DNA of 64,000 nt from Gammaproteobacteria bacterium (GTDB lineage Bacteria > Pseudomonadota > Gammaproteobacteria > Eutrophobiales > Eutrophobiaceae): assembly GCA_965238225.1 (NCBI GenBank), contig OZ250183.1:1408001-1472000 (forward strand), written 5' to 3'. Made by a program: the position numbers and the translations under genes. Below the pieces are notes generated by a model. The model was not told where the DNA came from. It made no database searches and was given only the letters and a program-made list of their open reading frames with translations. Each line of letters begins with the position of its first letter. Position 1 is the stretch's first letter. Below are positions 10,854-19,121 of the stretch, piece by piece.

Positions 10854-11251
10854 AACGTTAATACTCCGTCATCTTGTTTGCATTATACTTACACCTAAAA
10901 TTTATACCACTTAAATATCTAACTTAGATTAATTACACCTGATGATTCTATACCCATCTGCTGCATACTCATCTGCTGGTTGATTGCCAATTACTTGTTA
11001 GTATTGACCAATCCTTAACTGGCATAGATTTTAAATAATTTCAAGTGCCTTTTTAAACTGTGCTGCATCCTACAAAAATTCTTTTAGCTTGTTTTAAACC
11101 CTTAGTCTCGTTTTGGTTACAATAAGTTCCTAAAAGATAAAGAGGGCTACCCCAGATAAGTAGGTTATAGTTACCTTAAGGCATTGTTTTAACTGTTTTA
11201 ATTAGTTTAATTGCTTATTATGTGACAGCCCTTAATAGATCGATATTAAGC

Positions 11252-11340
11252 CTAAAAACTCCAAGGTCAACTTCTAAATCGAAACTGTCTGTGTGTCTTG
11301 AGTTTATGGCTTTAATACATGTAGAGCTTGCTGTGCCCAT
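11252..11340 (-). pseudogene. Second relic of an autotransporter barrel C-terminus
   Basis: MGTASSTCIKAINSRHTDSFDLEVDL aligns without gaps to YGSVGYERTEIIDSGHTDSFDLELGL of the intact barrel; in frame with the upstream gene, 8 codons past its TAA. Confidence 0.75.
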
Positions 11341-11364
11341 AGATCGTGTTCCTAGGTAGATTGG

Positions 11365-14300
11365 TTATGTGTCGTACCGTCCTGCAAATGACTTGCAATT
11401 GTTTAAATCCACTTCTATTGTGCCGCCGGATGTAGGTTCGCTCACCACCACATTGCCTGCTGAGTCTTCGCCTCGGCTTAGTGTAAATGTTTGTGTGCCG
11501 CCATCAGTGCTCACCACAGTCCAGAGATAGTAATAGGTTCTTGCATTGGCTCTTGTCATGCTGGCAGCAGCAATGCTATCTACACCAGTGCCTGTAATTT
11601 GCGCGGTAGGGAATAATGCCATGTCCTCATTAAAGGTGGCGGTGATACGTACCACATCCCCTACGTTTACTCGAGTCACAGGACTTCCATCTACGGTATA
11701 GGTGAGTTCGGCTGTGGGCGCTGTGCTATCCACTATAATTGTAGTAGATGTGGATGCCATTACATTGCCTGCTAAGTCTGTGCCTTGGCTTAGTGTAAAT
11801 GTTTGTGTGCCATCACCTGTGCTTGCTGTCCAGAAATAGTGAAAGGTTCTATTACTATCTCTTGTCATATTGGTGGCAGCAATGGGCTCTAAACCGGTAC
11901 CTGTGATTTGTATGGGGGGCGTATCTACTATGTCCTCATTGAAGGTAGCAATAACAATCATGTTATCTCCTTGTTTTACTTGGGTGACAACAACAGCAAT
12001 ACCATTAATGCTTTTGTAATAAGTGAGTGTAGCGGTAGGGGCTGTGGTGTCTACGGTAAGTTCGTTTGATGTAGTATCTGTGCTGACATTGCCTGCTGTA
12101 TCTGTGGCTGTTGCAATGACGTTATAGGTGCCATCAGCAAGTGTATTGGCTGTAAAAGACCATGTGCCATCTGTAGCAACAGTGGGTGTGTAGCTTGTGC
12201 CATCTAACGCTACAGAAAGGGTTTCGCTTAAGCTAAGTGCTGTGCTTGCGCCTATTGTGCCTGTGATTTCAGGGGTTGTGTCATTGCTGGTTAGTGTATT
12301 GACTGTAGGGGTAGCAGGGGCTGTGGTGTCTACGGTAAGTTCGTTTGATGTAGTATCTGTGCTGACATTGCCTGCTGTATCTGTGGCTGTTGCAATGACG
12401 TTATAGGTGCCATCAGCAAGTGTATTGGCTGTAAAAGACCATGTGCCATCTGTAGCAACAGTGGGTGTGTAGCTTGTGCCATCTAACGCTACAGAAAGGG
12501 TTTCGCTTAAGCTAAGTGCTGTGCTTGCGCCTATTGTGCCTGTGATTTCAGGGGTTGTGTCATTGCTGGTTAGTGTATTGACTGTAGGGGTAGCAGGGGC
12601 TGTGGTGTCTACGGTAAGTTCGTTTGATGTAGTATCTGTGCTGACATTGCCTGCTGTATCTGTGGCTGTTGCAATGACGTTATAGGTGCCATCAGCAAGT
12701 GTATTGGCTGTAAAAGACCATGTGCCATCTGTAGCAACAGTGGGTGTGTAGCTTGTGCCATCTAACGCTACAGAAAGGGTTTCGCTTAAGCTAAGTGCTG
12801 TGCTTGCGCCTATTGTGCCTGTGATTTCAGGGGTTGTGTCATTGCTGGTTAGTGTATTGACTGTAGGGGTAGCAGGGGCTGTGGTGTCTACGGTAAGTTC
12901 GTTTGATGTAGTATCTGTGCTGACATTGCCTGCTGTATCTGTGGCTGTTGCAATGACGTTATAGGTGCCATCAGCAAGTGTATTGGCTGTAAAAGACCAT
13001 GTGCCATCTGTAGCAACAGTGGGTGTGTAGCTTGTGCCATCTAACGCTACAGAAAGGGTTTCGCTTAAGCTAAGTGCTGTGCTTGCGCCTATTGTGCCTG
13101 TGATTTCAGGGGTTGTGTCATTGCTGGTTAGTGTATTGACTGTAGGGGTAGCAGGGGCTGTGGTGTCTACGGTAAGTTCGTTTGATGTAGTATCTGTGCT
13201 GACATTGCCTGCTGTATCTGTGGCTGTTGCAATGACGTTATAGGTGCCATCAGCAAGTGTATTGGCTGTAAAAGACCATGTGCCATCTGTAGCAACAGTG
13301 GGTGTGTAGCTTGTGCCATCTAACGCTACAGAAAGGGTTTCGCTTAAGCTAAGTGCTGTGCTTGCGCCTATTGTGCCTGTGATTTCAGGGGTTGTGTCAT
13401 TGCTGGTTAGTGTATTGACTGTAGGGGTAGCAGGGGCTGTGGTGTCTACGGTAAGTTCGTTTGATGTAGTATCTGTGCTGACATTGCCTGCTGTATCTGT
13501 GGCTGTTGCAATGACGTTATAGGTGCCATCAGCAAGTGTATTGGCTGTAAAAGACCATGTGCCATCTGTAGCAACAGTGGGTGTGTAGCTTGTGCCATCT
13601 AACGCTACAGAAAGGGTTTCGCTTAAGCTAAGTGCTGTGCTTGCGCCTATTGTGCCTGTGATTTCAGGGGTTGTGTCATTGCTGGTTAGTGTATTGACTG
13701 TAGGGGTAGCAGGGGCTGTGGTGTCTACGGTAAGTTCGTTTGATGTAGTATCTGTGCTGACATTGCCTGCTGTATCTGTGGCTGTTGCAATGACGTTATA
13801 GGTGCCATCAGCAAGTGTATTGGCTGTAAAAGACCATGTGCCATCTGTAGCAACAGTGGGTGTGTAGCTTGTGCCATCTAACGCTACAGAAAGGGTTTCG
13901 CTTAAGCTAAGTGCTGTGCTTGCGCCTATTGTGCCTGTGATTTCAGGGGTTGTGTCATTGCTGGTTAGTGTATTGACTGTAGGGGTAGCAGGGGCTGTGG
14001 TGTCTACGGTAAGTTCGTTTGATGTAGTATCTGTGCTGACATTGCCTGCTGTATCTGTGGCTGTTGCAATGACGTTATAGGTGCCATCAGCAAGTGTATT
14101 GGCTGTAAAAGACCATGTGCCATCTGTAGCAACAGTGGGTGTGTAGCTTGTGCCATCTAACGCTACAGAAAGGGTTTCGCTTAAGCTAAGTGCTGTGCTT
14201 GCGCCTATTGTGCCTGTGATTTCAGGGGTTGTGTCATTGCTGGTTAGTGTATTGACTGTAGGGGTAGCAGGGGCTGTGGTGTCTACGGTAAGTTCGTTTG

Positions 14301-14961
14301 ATGTAGTATCTGTGCTGACATTGCCTGCTGTATCTGTGGCTGTTGCAATGACGTTATAGGTGCCATCAGCAAGTGTATTGGCTGTAAAAGACCATGTGCC
14401 ATCTGTAGCAACAGTGGGTGCAACAGTGGTGTAGCTTGTGCCATCTAACGCTACAGAAAGGGTTTCGCTTAAGCTAAGTGCTGTGCTTGCGCCTATTGTG
14501 CCTGTGATTTCAGGGGTTGTGTCATTGCTGGTTAGTGTATTGACTGTAGGGGTAGCAGGGGCTGTGGTGTCTACGGTAAGTTCGTTTGATGTAGTATCTG
14601 TGCTGACATTGCCTGCTGTATCTGTGGCTGTTGCAATGACGTTATAGGTGCCATCAGCAAGTGTATTGGCTGTAAAAGACCATGTGCCATCTGTAGCAAC
14701 AGTGGGTGTGTAGCTTGTGCCATCTAACGCTACAGAAAGGGTTTCGCTTAAGCTAAGTGCTGTGCTTGCGCCTATTGTGCCTGTGATTTCAGGGGTTGTG
14801 TCATTGCTGGTTAGTGTATTGACTGTAGGGGTAGCAGGGGCTGTGGTGTCTACGGTAAGTTCGTTTGATGTAGTATCTGTGCTGACATTGCCTGCTGTAT
14901 CTGTGGCTGTTGCAATGACGTTATAGGTGCCATCAGCAAGTGTATTGGCTGTAAAAGACCA
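11365..14961 (-). CDS. Giant Ig-like repeat protein, C-terminal third (93-aa stalk repeats plus two B modules)
   Basis: The frame of ORF 11365..11961 stays open up to 14961; the repeats contain no Met, so the ORF track shows only the last 198 aa; same C-terminus as 6057..10853. Confidence 0.8.
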   Translation of the reverse strand, partial: WSFTANTLADGTYNVIATATDTAGNVSTDTTSNELTVDTTAPATPTVNTLTSNDTTPEITGTIGASTALSLSETLSVALDGTSYTPTVATDGTWSFTANTLADGTYNVIATATDTAGNVSTDTTSNELTVDTTAPATPTVNTLTSNDTTPEITGTIGASTALSLSETLSVALDGTSYTTVAPTVATDGTWSFTANTLADGTYNVIATATDTAGNVSTDTTSNELTVDTTAPATPTVNTLTSNDTTPEITGTIGASTALSLSETLSVALDGTSYTPTVATDGTWSFTANTLADGTYNVIATATDTAGNVSTDTTSNELTVDTTAPATPTVNTLTSNDTTPEITGTIGASTALSLSETLSVALDGTSYTPTVATDGTWSFTANTLADGTYNVIATATDTAGNVSTDTTSNELTVDTTAPATPTVNTLTSNDTTPEITGTIGASTALSLSETLSVALDGTSYTPTVATDGTWSFTANTLADGTYNVIATATDTAGNVSTDTTSNELTVDTTAPATPTVNTLTSNDTTPEITGTIGASTALSLSETLSVALDGTSYTPTVATDGTWSFTANTLADGTYNVIATATDTAGNVSTDTTSNELTVDTTAPATPTVNTLTSNDTTPEITGTIGASTALSLSETLSVALDGTSYTPTVATDGTWSFTANTLADGTYNVIATATDTAGNVSTDTTSNELTVDTTAPATPTVNTLTSNDTTPEITGTIGASTALSLSETLSVALDGTSYTPTVATDGTWSFTANTLADGTYNVIATATDTAGNVSTDTTSNELTVDTTAPATPTVNTLTSNDTTPEITGTIGASTALSLSETLSVALDGTSYTPTVATDGTWSFTANTLADGTYNVIATATDTAGNVSTDTTSNELTVDTTAPATPTVNTLTSNDTTPEITGTIGASTALSLSETLSVALDGTSYTPTVATDGTWSFTANTLADGTYNVIATATDTAGNVSTDTTSNELTVDTTAPTATLTYYKSINGIAVVVTQVKQGDNMIVIATFNEDIVDTPPIQITGTGLEPIAATNMTRDSNRTFHYFWTASTGDGTQTFTLSQGTDLAGNVMASTSTTIIVDSTAPTAELTYTVDGSPVTRVNVGDVVRITATFNEDMALFPTAQITGTGVDSIAAASMTRANARTYYYLWTVVSTDGGTQTFTLSRGEDSAGNVVVSEPTSGGTIEVDLNNCKSFAGRYDT

Positions 14962-15113
14962 TGGCCATCTGTAGCAACAGTGGGTGTGTAGCTTGTGCCA
15001 TCTAACGCTACAGAAAGGGTTTCGCTTAAGCTAAGTGCTGTGCTTGCGCCTATTGTGCCTGTGATTTCAGGGGTTGTGTCATTGCTGGTTAGTGTATTGA
15101 CTGTAGGGGTAGC
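12037..15113. repeat. Tandem array of 11 near-identical 279-bp units (93-aa Ig-like module)
   Basis: Unit AGGGGCTGTGGTGTCTACGGTAAG... recurs every 279 bp; the deviations seen are a 9-bp in-frame insertion (~14421) and a 1-bp deletion (~14963). Confidence 0.95.
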
Positions 15114-18100
15114 AGGGGCTGTGGTGTCTACGGTAATGGTGGTAGATGTAGGTGTTATTACATTACCTGCTAAGTCTTCGCCTTGGCTTAGTGTGAATGT
15201 TTGTGTGCCATCACCTGTGCCTGTTGTCCAGAAATAGTGAAAGGTTCTATTACTATCTCTTGTCATATTGGTGGCAGCAATGGGCTCTAAACCAGTGCCT
15301 GTGATTTGCACGGGAGGCGTATTTGCCATGTCCTCACTAAACTCAGCACTGATGATGATGACATCCCCTGCGTTTGCTTCAGTAATACCGTAACTAATGC
15401 CGTTTATTCTTTTGTAATAAGAAAGTTCGACAGTGGGGGCTGTGGTATCCACGGTAACGATAATAACAGTGCTTACGGGTACCACCGCATTACCTGCTAA
15501 GTCTTCGCCTTGGCTTAGTGTGAATGTTTGTGTGCGACCATCACCTATGCCTGCTGTCCAGAAATAGTGAAAGGTTCTATCACTATCTCTTGTCATATTG
15601 GTGGCAGCAATGGGCTCTAAACCAGTGCCTGTGATTTGCACGGGAGGCGTATTTGCCATGTCCTCACTAAACTCAGCACTGATGATGATGACATCCCCTG
15701 CGTTTGCTTCAGTAATACCGTAACTAATGCCGTTTATTCTTTTGTAATAAGAAAGTTCGACAGTGGGGGCTGTGGTATCCGCGGTAACGATAATAATAGT
15801 GCTTACGGGTACCACCGCATTACCTGCTAAGTCTTCGCCTTGGCTTAGTGTGAATGTTTGTGTGCGGCCATCACTTATGCTTGCTGTCCAGAAATAGTGA
15901 AAGGTTCTATTACTATCTCTTGTCATATTGGTGGCAGCAATGGGCTCTAAACCAGTGCCTGTGATTTGCACGGGAGGACTATTTGCCATGTCCTCACTAA
16001 ACTCAGCACTGATGATGATGACATCCCCTGCGTTTGCTTCAGTAATACCGTAACTAATGCCGTTTATTCTTTTGTAATAAGAAAGTTCGACAGTAGGGGC
16101 TGTGGTATCTATTATGGTAAGTTCGTTTGTTGTAGTGTCTGTACTGACATTGCCTGCTGCATCAGTAATTGTTGCAATGACGTTATGGATGCCACCGGTA
16201 AGTGGTGTATTGGCTGTAAAAGACCATGTGCCATCTGTAGCAACAGTGGGTGTGTAGGTTGTGCCATTTAAGGCAACAGAGAGTGTCTCACCTGTAAGAA
16301 GTGCGTTACCTGTGCCTGTTGTGCCTGTGATTACAGCAGGTGTGCTGGTGTTGCTGGTTAGTGTATTGACTGTGGGAGTCGCAGGGGCTGTGCTATCCAC
16401 TGTAATTGTAGCAGATGCGGGTTCCATCACATTGCCTGCTAAGTCTGTGCCGTTACTCAAAGAAAATGTTTGTATGCCATCACCAGTACCCACTGTCCAA
16501 GAATAGCGAAAGGTTCTATTGCTATATCTTATCATATCGGTGGTAGCAATAAAATTTACCCCCGTGCCTGTGATTTTCATGGGAGGACTATCTGCTATGT
16601 CCTCATTGAATTCGGTATTGATAATGATGACATCCCCTGCTTTTACCTTAGAAAACTCGGTAAGACCGTAACTAATGCCGTTTATACTGAGGTAAGAACG
16701 AACATCGGCTGTAGGGGCTGTGCTATCCACTGTAATTATAGTAGCTGTGGATGCCATCACATTGCCTGCTAAGTCTGTACCTTGGCTTAAGCGAAATGTT
16801 TGTATGCCATCACCTGTGCCTACTGTCCAGAAATAGTGAAAGGTTCTATTACTATCTCTTGTCATATTGGTGGCAGCAATAGGATCTACACCAGTACCTG
16901 TGATTTGTATGGGGGGCGTATCTCCTATGTCCTCATTGAATTCGGCACTGACAATGATGACATCCCCTACTTTTGCTTCGGTAAAACCATAACTAATGCC
17001 GTTTATTCTTTTGTAATAAGAAAGTTCGACAGTAGGGACTGTGGTGTCTACGGTAAGCTCGTTTGATGTAGTATCTGTGCTGACATTGCCTGCTGCATCT
17101 GTGGCTGTTGCAATGACGTTATAGGTGCCATCAGCAAGTGGTGTATTGGCTGTAAAAGACCATGTGCCATCTGTAGCAACAGTGGGTGTGTAGGTTGTAC
17201 CATTTAAGGCAACAGAGAGTGTCTCACCTGTAAGAAGTGCGTTACCTGTGCCTGTTGTGCCTGTGATTTGTGGTGTTGTGTCATTGCTGGTTAGTGTATT
17301 GACTGTAGGGGTAGCAGGGGCTGTGTTGTCTACGGTAATAGTGGTAGATGTAGGTGTTATTACATTACCTGCTAAGTCTGTGGCTTGGCTTAGTGTAAAT
17401 GTTTGTGTGCCATCGCCTGTGCCTACTGTCCATCTATGGTAATAGGTTATTGCATTGAATCTTGTCATGTTGGTGGTGGCGGTAGGATCTACGCCAGTGC
17501 CTGTGATTTGTATGGCAGGCGTATCTGCTATGTCCTCACTAAACGTAGCATTGACAATGATGACATCCCCTGCTTTTACCTTAGAAAACTCGGTAAGACC
17601 GTAACTAATGCCGTTTATACTGAGGTAAGAATGAACATCGGCTGTAGGGGCTGTGGTGTCTATGGTAAGTTCGTTTGATGTAGTGTCTGTGCTGATATTG
17701 CCTGCTGCATCTGTGAATGTTGCAACGACTTCGTAGGTTCCGCTGGTAAGTGCATTAGCATTACTTACTGTAAAAGACCATGTGCCATCTGTAGCAACAG
17801 TAGGTGTGTAGCTTGTGCCATCTAACGCTACAGAAAGGGTTTCTCCTGTAGTAAGTGCTATGCCTGTGCCTGTTGTGCCTGTGATGATAGGGGTTGTGTC
17901 ATTGCTGGTCAGTGTATTGACTGTAGGGGTAGCAGGGGCTGTGTTGTCTACGGTAATGGCAGCAGATGTAGATGCCATTACATTGCCTGCTAAGTCTGTG
18001 CCGTCGCTTAGTGTAAATGTTTGTGTGCCATCGCCTGTGCCTACTGTCCAAAAATAGTAATAGGTTATTGCATTGAATCTTGTCATGCTAGTTACAGCAA

Positions 18101-19121
18101 TGGGATCTACGCCAGTACCTGTGATCTGCATATGAGGCGTATATGCGATGTCCTCATTGAAGGTAGCAATAACAATCATGTTATCTCCTTGTTTTACTTG
18201 GGTGACAACAACAGCAATGCCATTAATGCTTTTGTAATAAGTGAGTGTAGCGGTAGGGGCTGTGGTATCTATGGTAAGTTCGTTTGATGTAGTGTCTGTA
18301 CTGACATTGCCTGCTGTGTCTGTGGCTGTTGCAATGACGTTATAGGTGCCACCAGTAAGTGCATTAGCATTACTTACTGTAAAAGACCATGTGCCATCTG
18401 TAGCAACAGTAGGTGTATAGGTTGTGCCATCTAACGCTACAGAAAAGGTTTCGCTTAAGCTAAGTGCTGTGCTTGTGCCTATTGTGCCTGTGATTTGTGG
18501 TGTTGTGTCATTGCTGGTTAGTGTATTGACTGTAGGGGTAGCAGGGGCTGTGTTGTCTACGGTAATGGCAGTAGATGTAGATGCCATTACATTGCCTGCT
18601 AAGTCTGTACCTTGGCTTAGTGTAAATGTTTGTGTGCCATCGCCTGTGCCTACTGTCAATCTATAGGTGTAGATTGTTGTATTGAATTTTGTCATGTTGG
18701 TGGCAGCAATGGGATTTACACCAGTACCTGTAATTTGCATGGCAGGCGTATCTGCTATAGGTTCGCTGAATCTAGCATGGACGATGACGGCATCCCCTGC
18801 TTTTACTGCAGGTATACGATAATTAGCTCCTATACGATAACTCATGCCGTTTACTCTTAGCCAAGAACGGACATCGGCTGTGGGGGCTGTGGTGTCTACG
18901 GTCAGCTCGTTTGATGTAGTGTCTGTGCTGACATTGCCTGCTGTGTCTGTGACTGTTGCAATGACGTTATAGGTGCCACCAGTAAGTGCATTAGCATTAC
19001 TTACTGTAAAAGACCATGTGCCATCTGTAGCAACAGTAGGTGTATAGGTTTCACCATTTAAGGCAACAGAGAGTGTCTCACCTGTAAGAAGTGTGCTACC
19101 TGTGCCTATTGTGCCTGTGAT
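14850..19121 (-). CDS. Giant Ig-like repeat protein, middle segment (alternating spacer and variable modules)
   Basis: ORF 14850..18845 extends in frame without stops to 19121; bounded by frameshifts at ~19122 and ~14963. Confidence 0.8.
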   Translation of the reverse strand: MTGTIGTGSTLLTGETLSVALNGETYTPTVATDGTWSFTVSNANALTGGTYNVIATVTDTAGNVSTDTTSNELTVDTTAPTADVRSWLRVNGMSYRIGANYRIPAVKAGDAVIVHARFSEPIADTPAMQITGTGVNPIAATNMTKFNTTIYTYRLTVGTGDGTQTFTLSQGTDLAGNVMASTSTAITVDNTAPATPTVNTLTSNDTTPQITGTIGTSTALSLSETFSVALDGTTYTPTVATDGTWSFTVSNANALTGGTYNVIATATDTAGNVSTDTTSNELTIDTTAPTATLTYYKSINGIAVVVTQVKQGDNMIVIATFNEDIAYTPHMQITGTGVDPIAVTSMTRFNAITYYYFWTVGTGDGTQTFTLSDGTDLAGNVMASTSAAITVDNTAPATPTVNTLTSNDTTPIITGTTGTGIALTTGETLSVALDGTSYTPTVATDGTWSFTVSNANALTSGTYEVVATFTDAAGNISTDTTSNELTIDTTAPTADVHSYLSINGISYGLTEFSKVKAGDVIIVNATFSEDIADTPAIQITGTGVDPTATTNMTRFNAITYYHRWTVGTGDGTQTFTLSQATDLAGNVITPTSTTITVDNTAPATPTVNTLTSNDTTPQITGTTGTGNALLTGETLSVALNGTTYTPTVATDGTWSFTANTPLADGTYNVIATATDAAGNVSTDTTSNELTVDTTVPTVELSYYKRINGISYGFTEAKVGDVIIVSAEFNEDIGDTPPIQITGTGVDPIAATNMTRDSNRTFHYFWTVGTGDGIQTFRLSQGTDLAGNVMASTATIITVDSTAPTADVRSYLSINGISYGLTEFSKVKAGDVIIINTEFNEDIADSPPMKITGTGVNFIATTDMIRYSNRTFRYSWTVGTGDGIQTFSLSNGTDLAGNVMEPASATITVDSTAPATPTVNTLTSNTSTPAVITGTTGTGNALLTGETLSVALNGTTYTPTVATDGTWSFTANTPLTGGIHNVIATITDAAGNVSTDTTTNELTIIDTTAPTVELSYYKRINGISYGITEANAGDVIIISAEFSEDMANSPPVQITGTGLEPIAATNMTRDSNRTFHYFWTASISDGRTQTFTLSQGEDLAGNAVVPVSTIIIVTADTTAPTVELSYYKRINGISYGITEANAGDVIIISAEFSEDMANTPPVQITGTGLEPIAATNMTRDSDRTFHYFWTAGIGDGRTQTFTLSQGEDLAGNAVVPVSTVIIVTVDTTAPTVELSYYKRINGISYGITEANAGDVIIISAEFSEDMANTPPVQITGTGLEPIAATNMTRDSNRTFHYFWTTGTGDGTQTFTLSQGEDLAGNVITPTSTTITVDTTAPATPTVNTLTSNDTTPEITGTIGASTALSLSETLSVALDGTSYTPTVATDGHGLLQPIHLLMAPITSLQQPQIQQAMSAQILHQTNLP
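15160..16109. repeat. About three tandem 330-bp copies of one variable B module
   Basis: VELSYYKRINGISYGITEANAGD...MTRDS(N/D)RTFHYFW repeats with a 330-bp period (antisense ORFs at 15306, 15636, 15966). Confidence 0.9.

Noticed and set aside
12037-15113. CRISPR array or non-coding satellite
   Set aside because: Units are contiguous with no unique spacers, a multiple of 3 long, and open on the minus strand; no cas genes.
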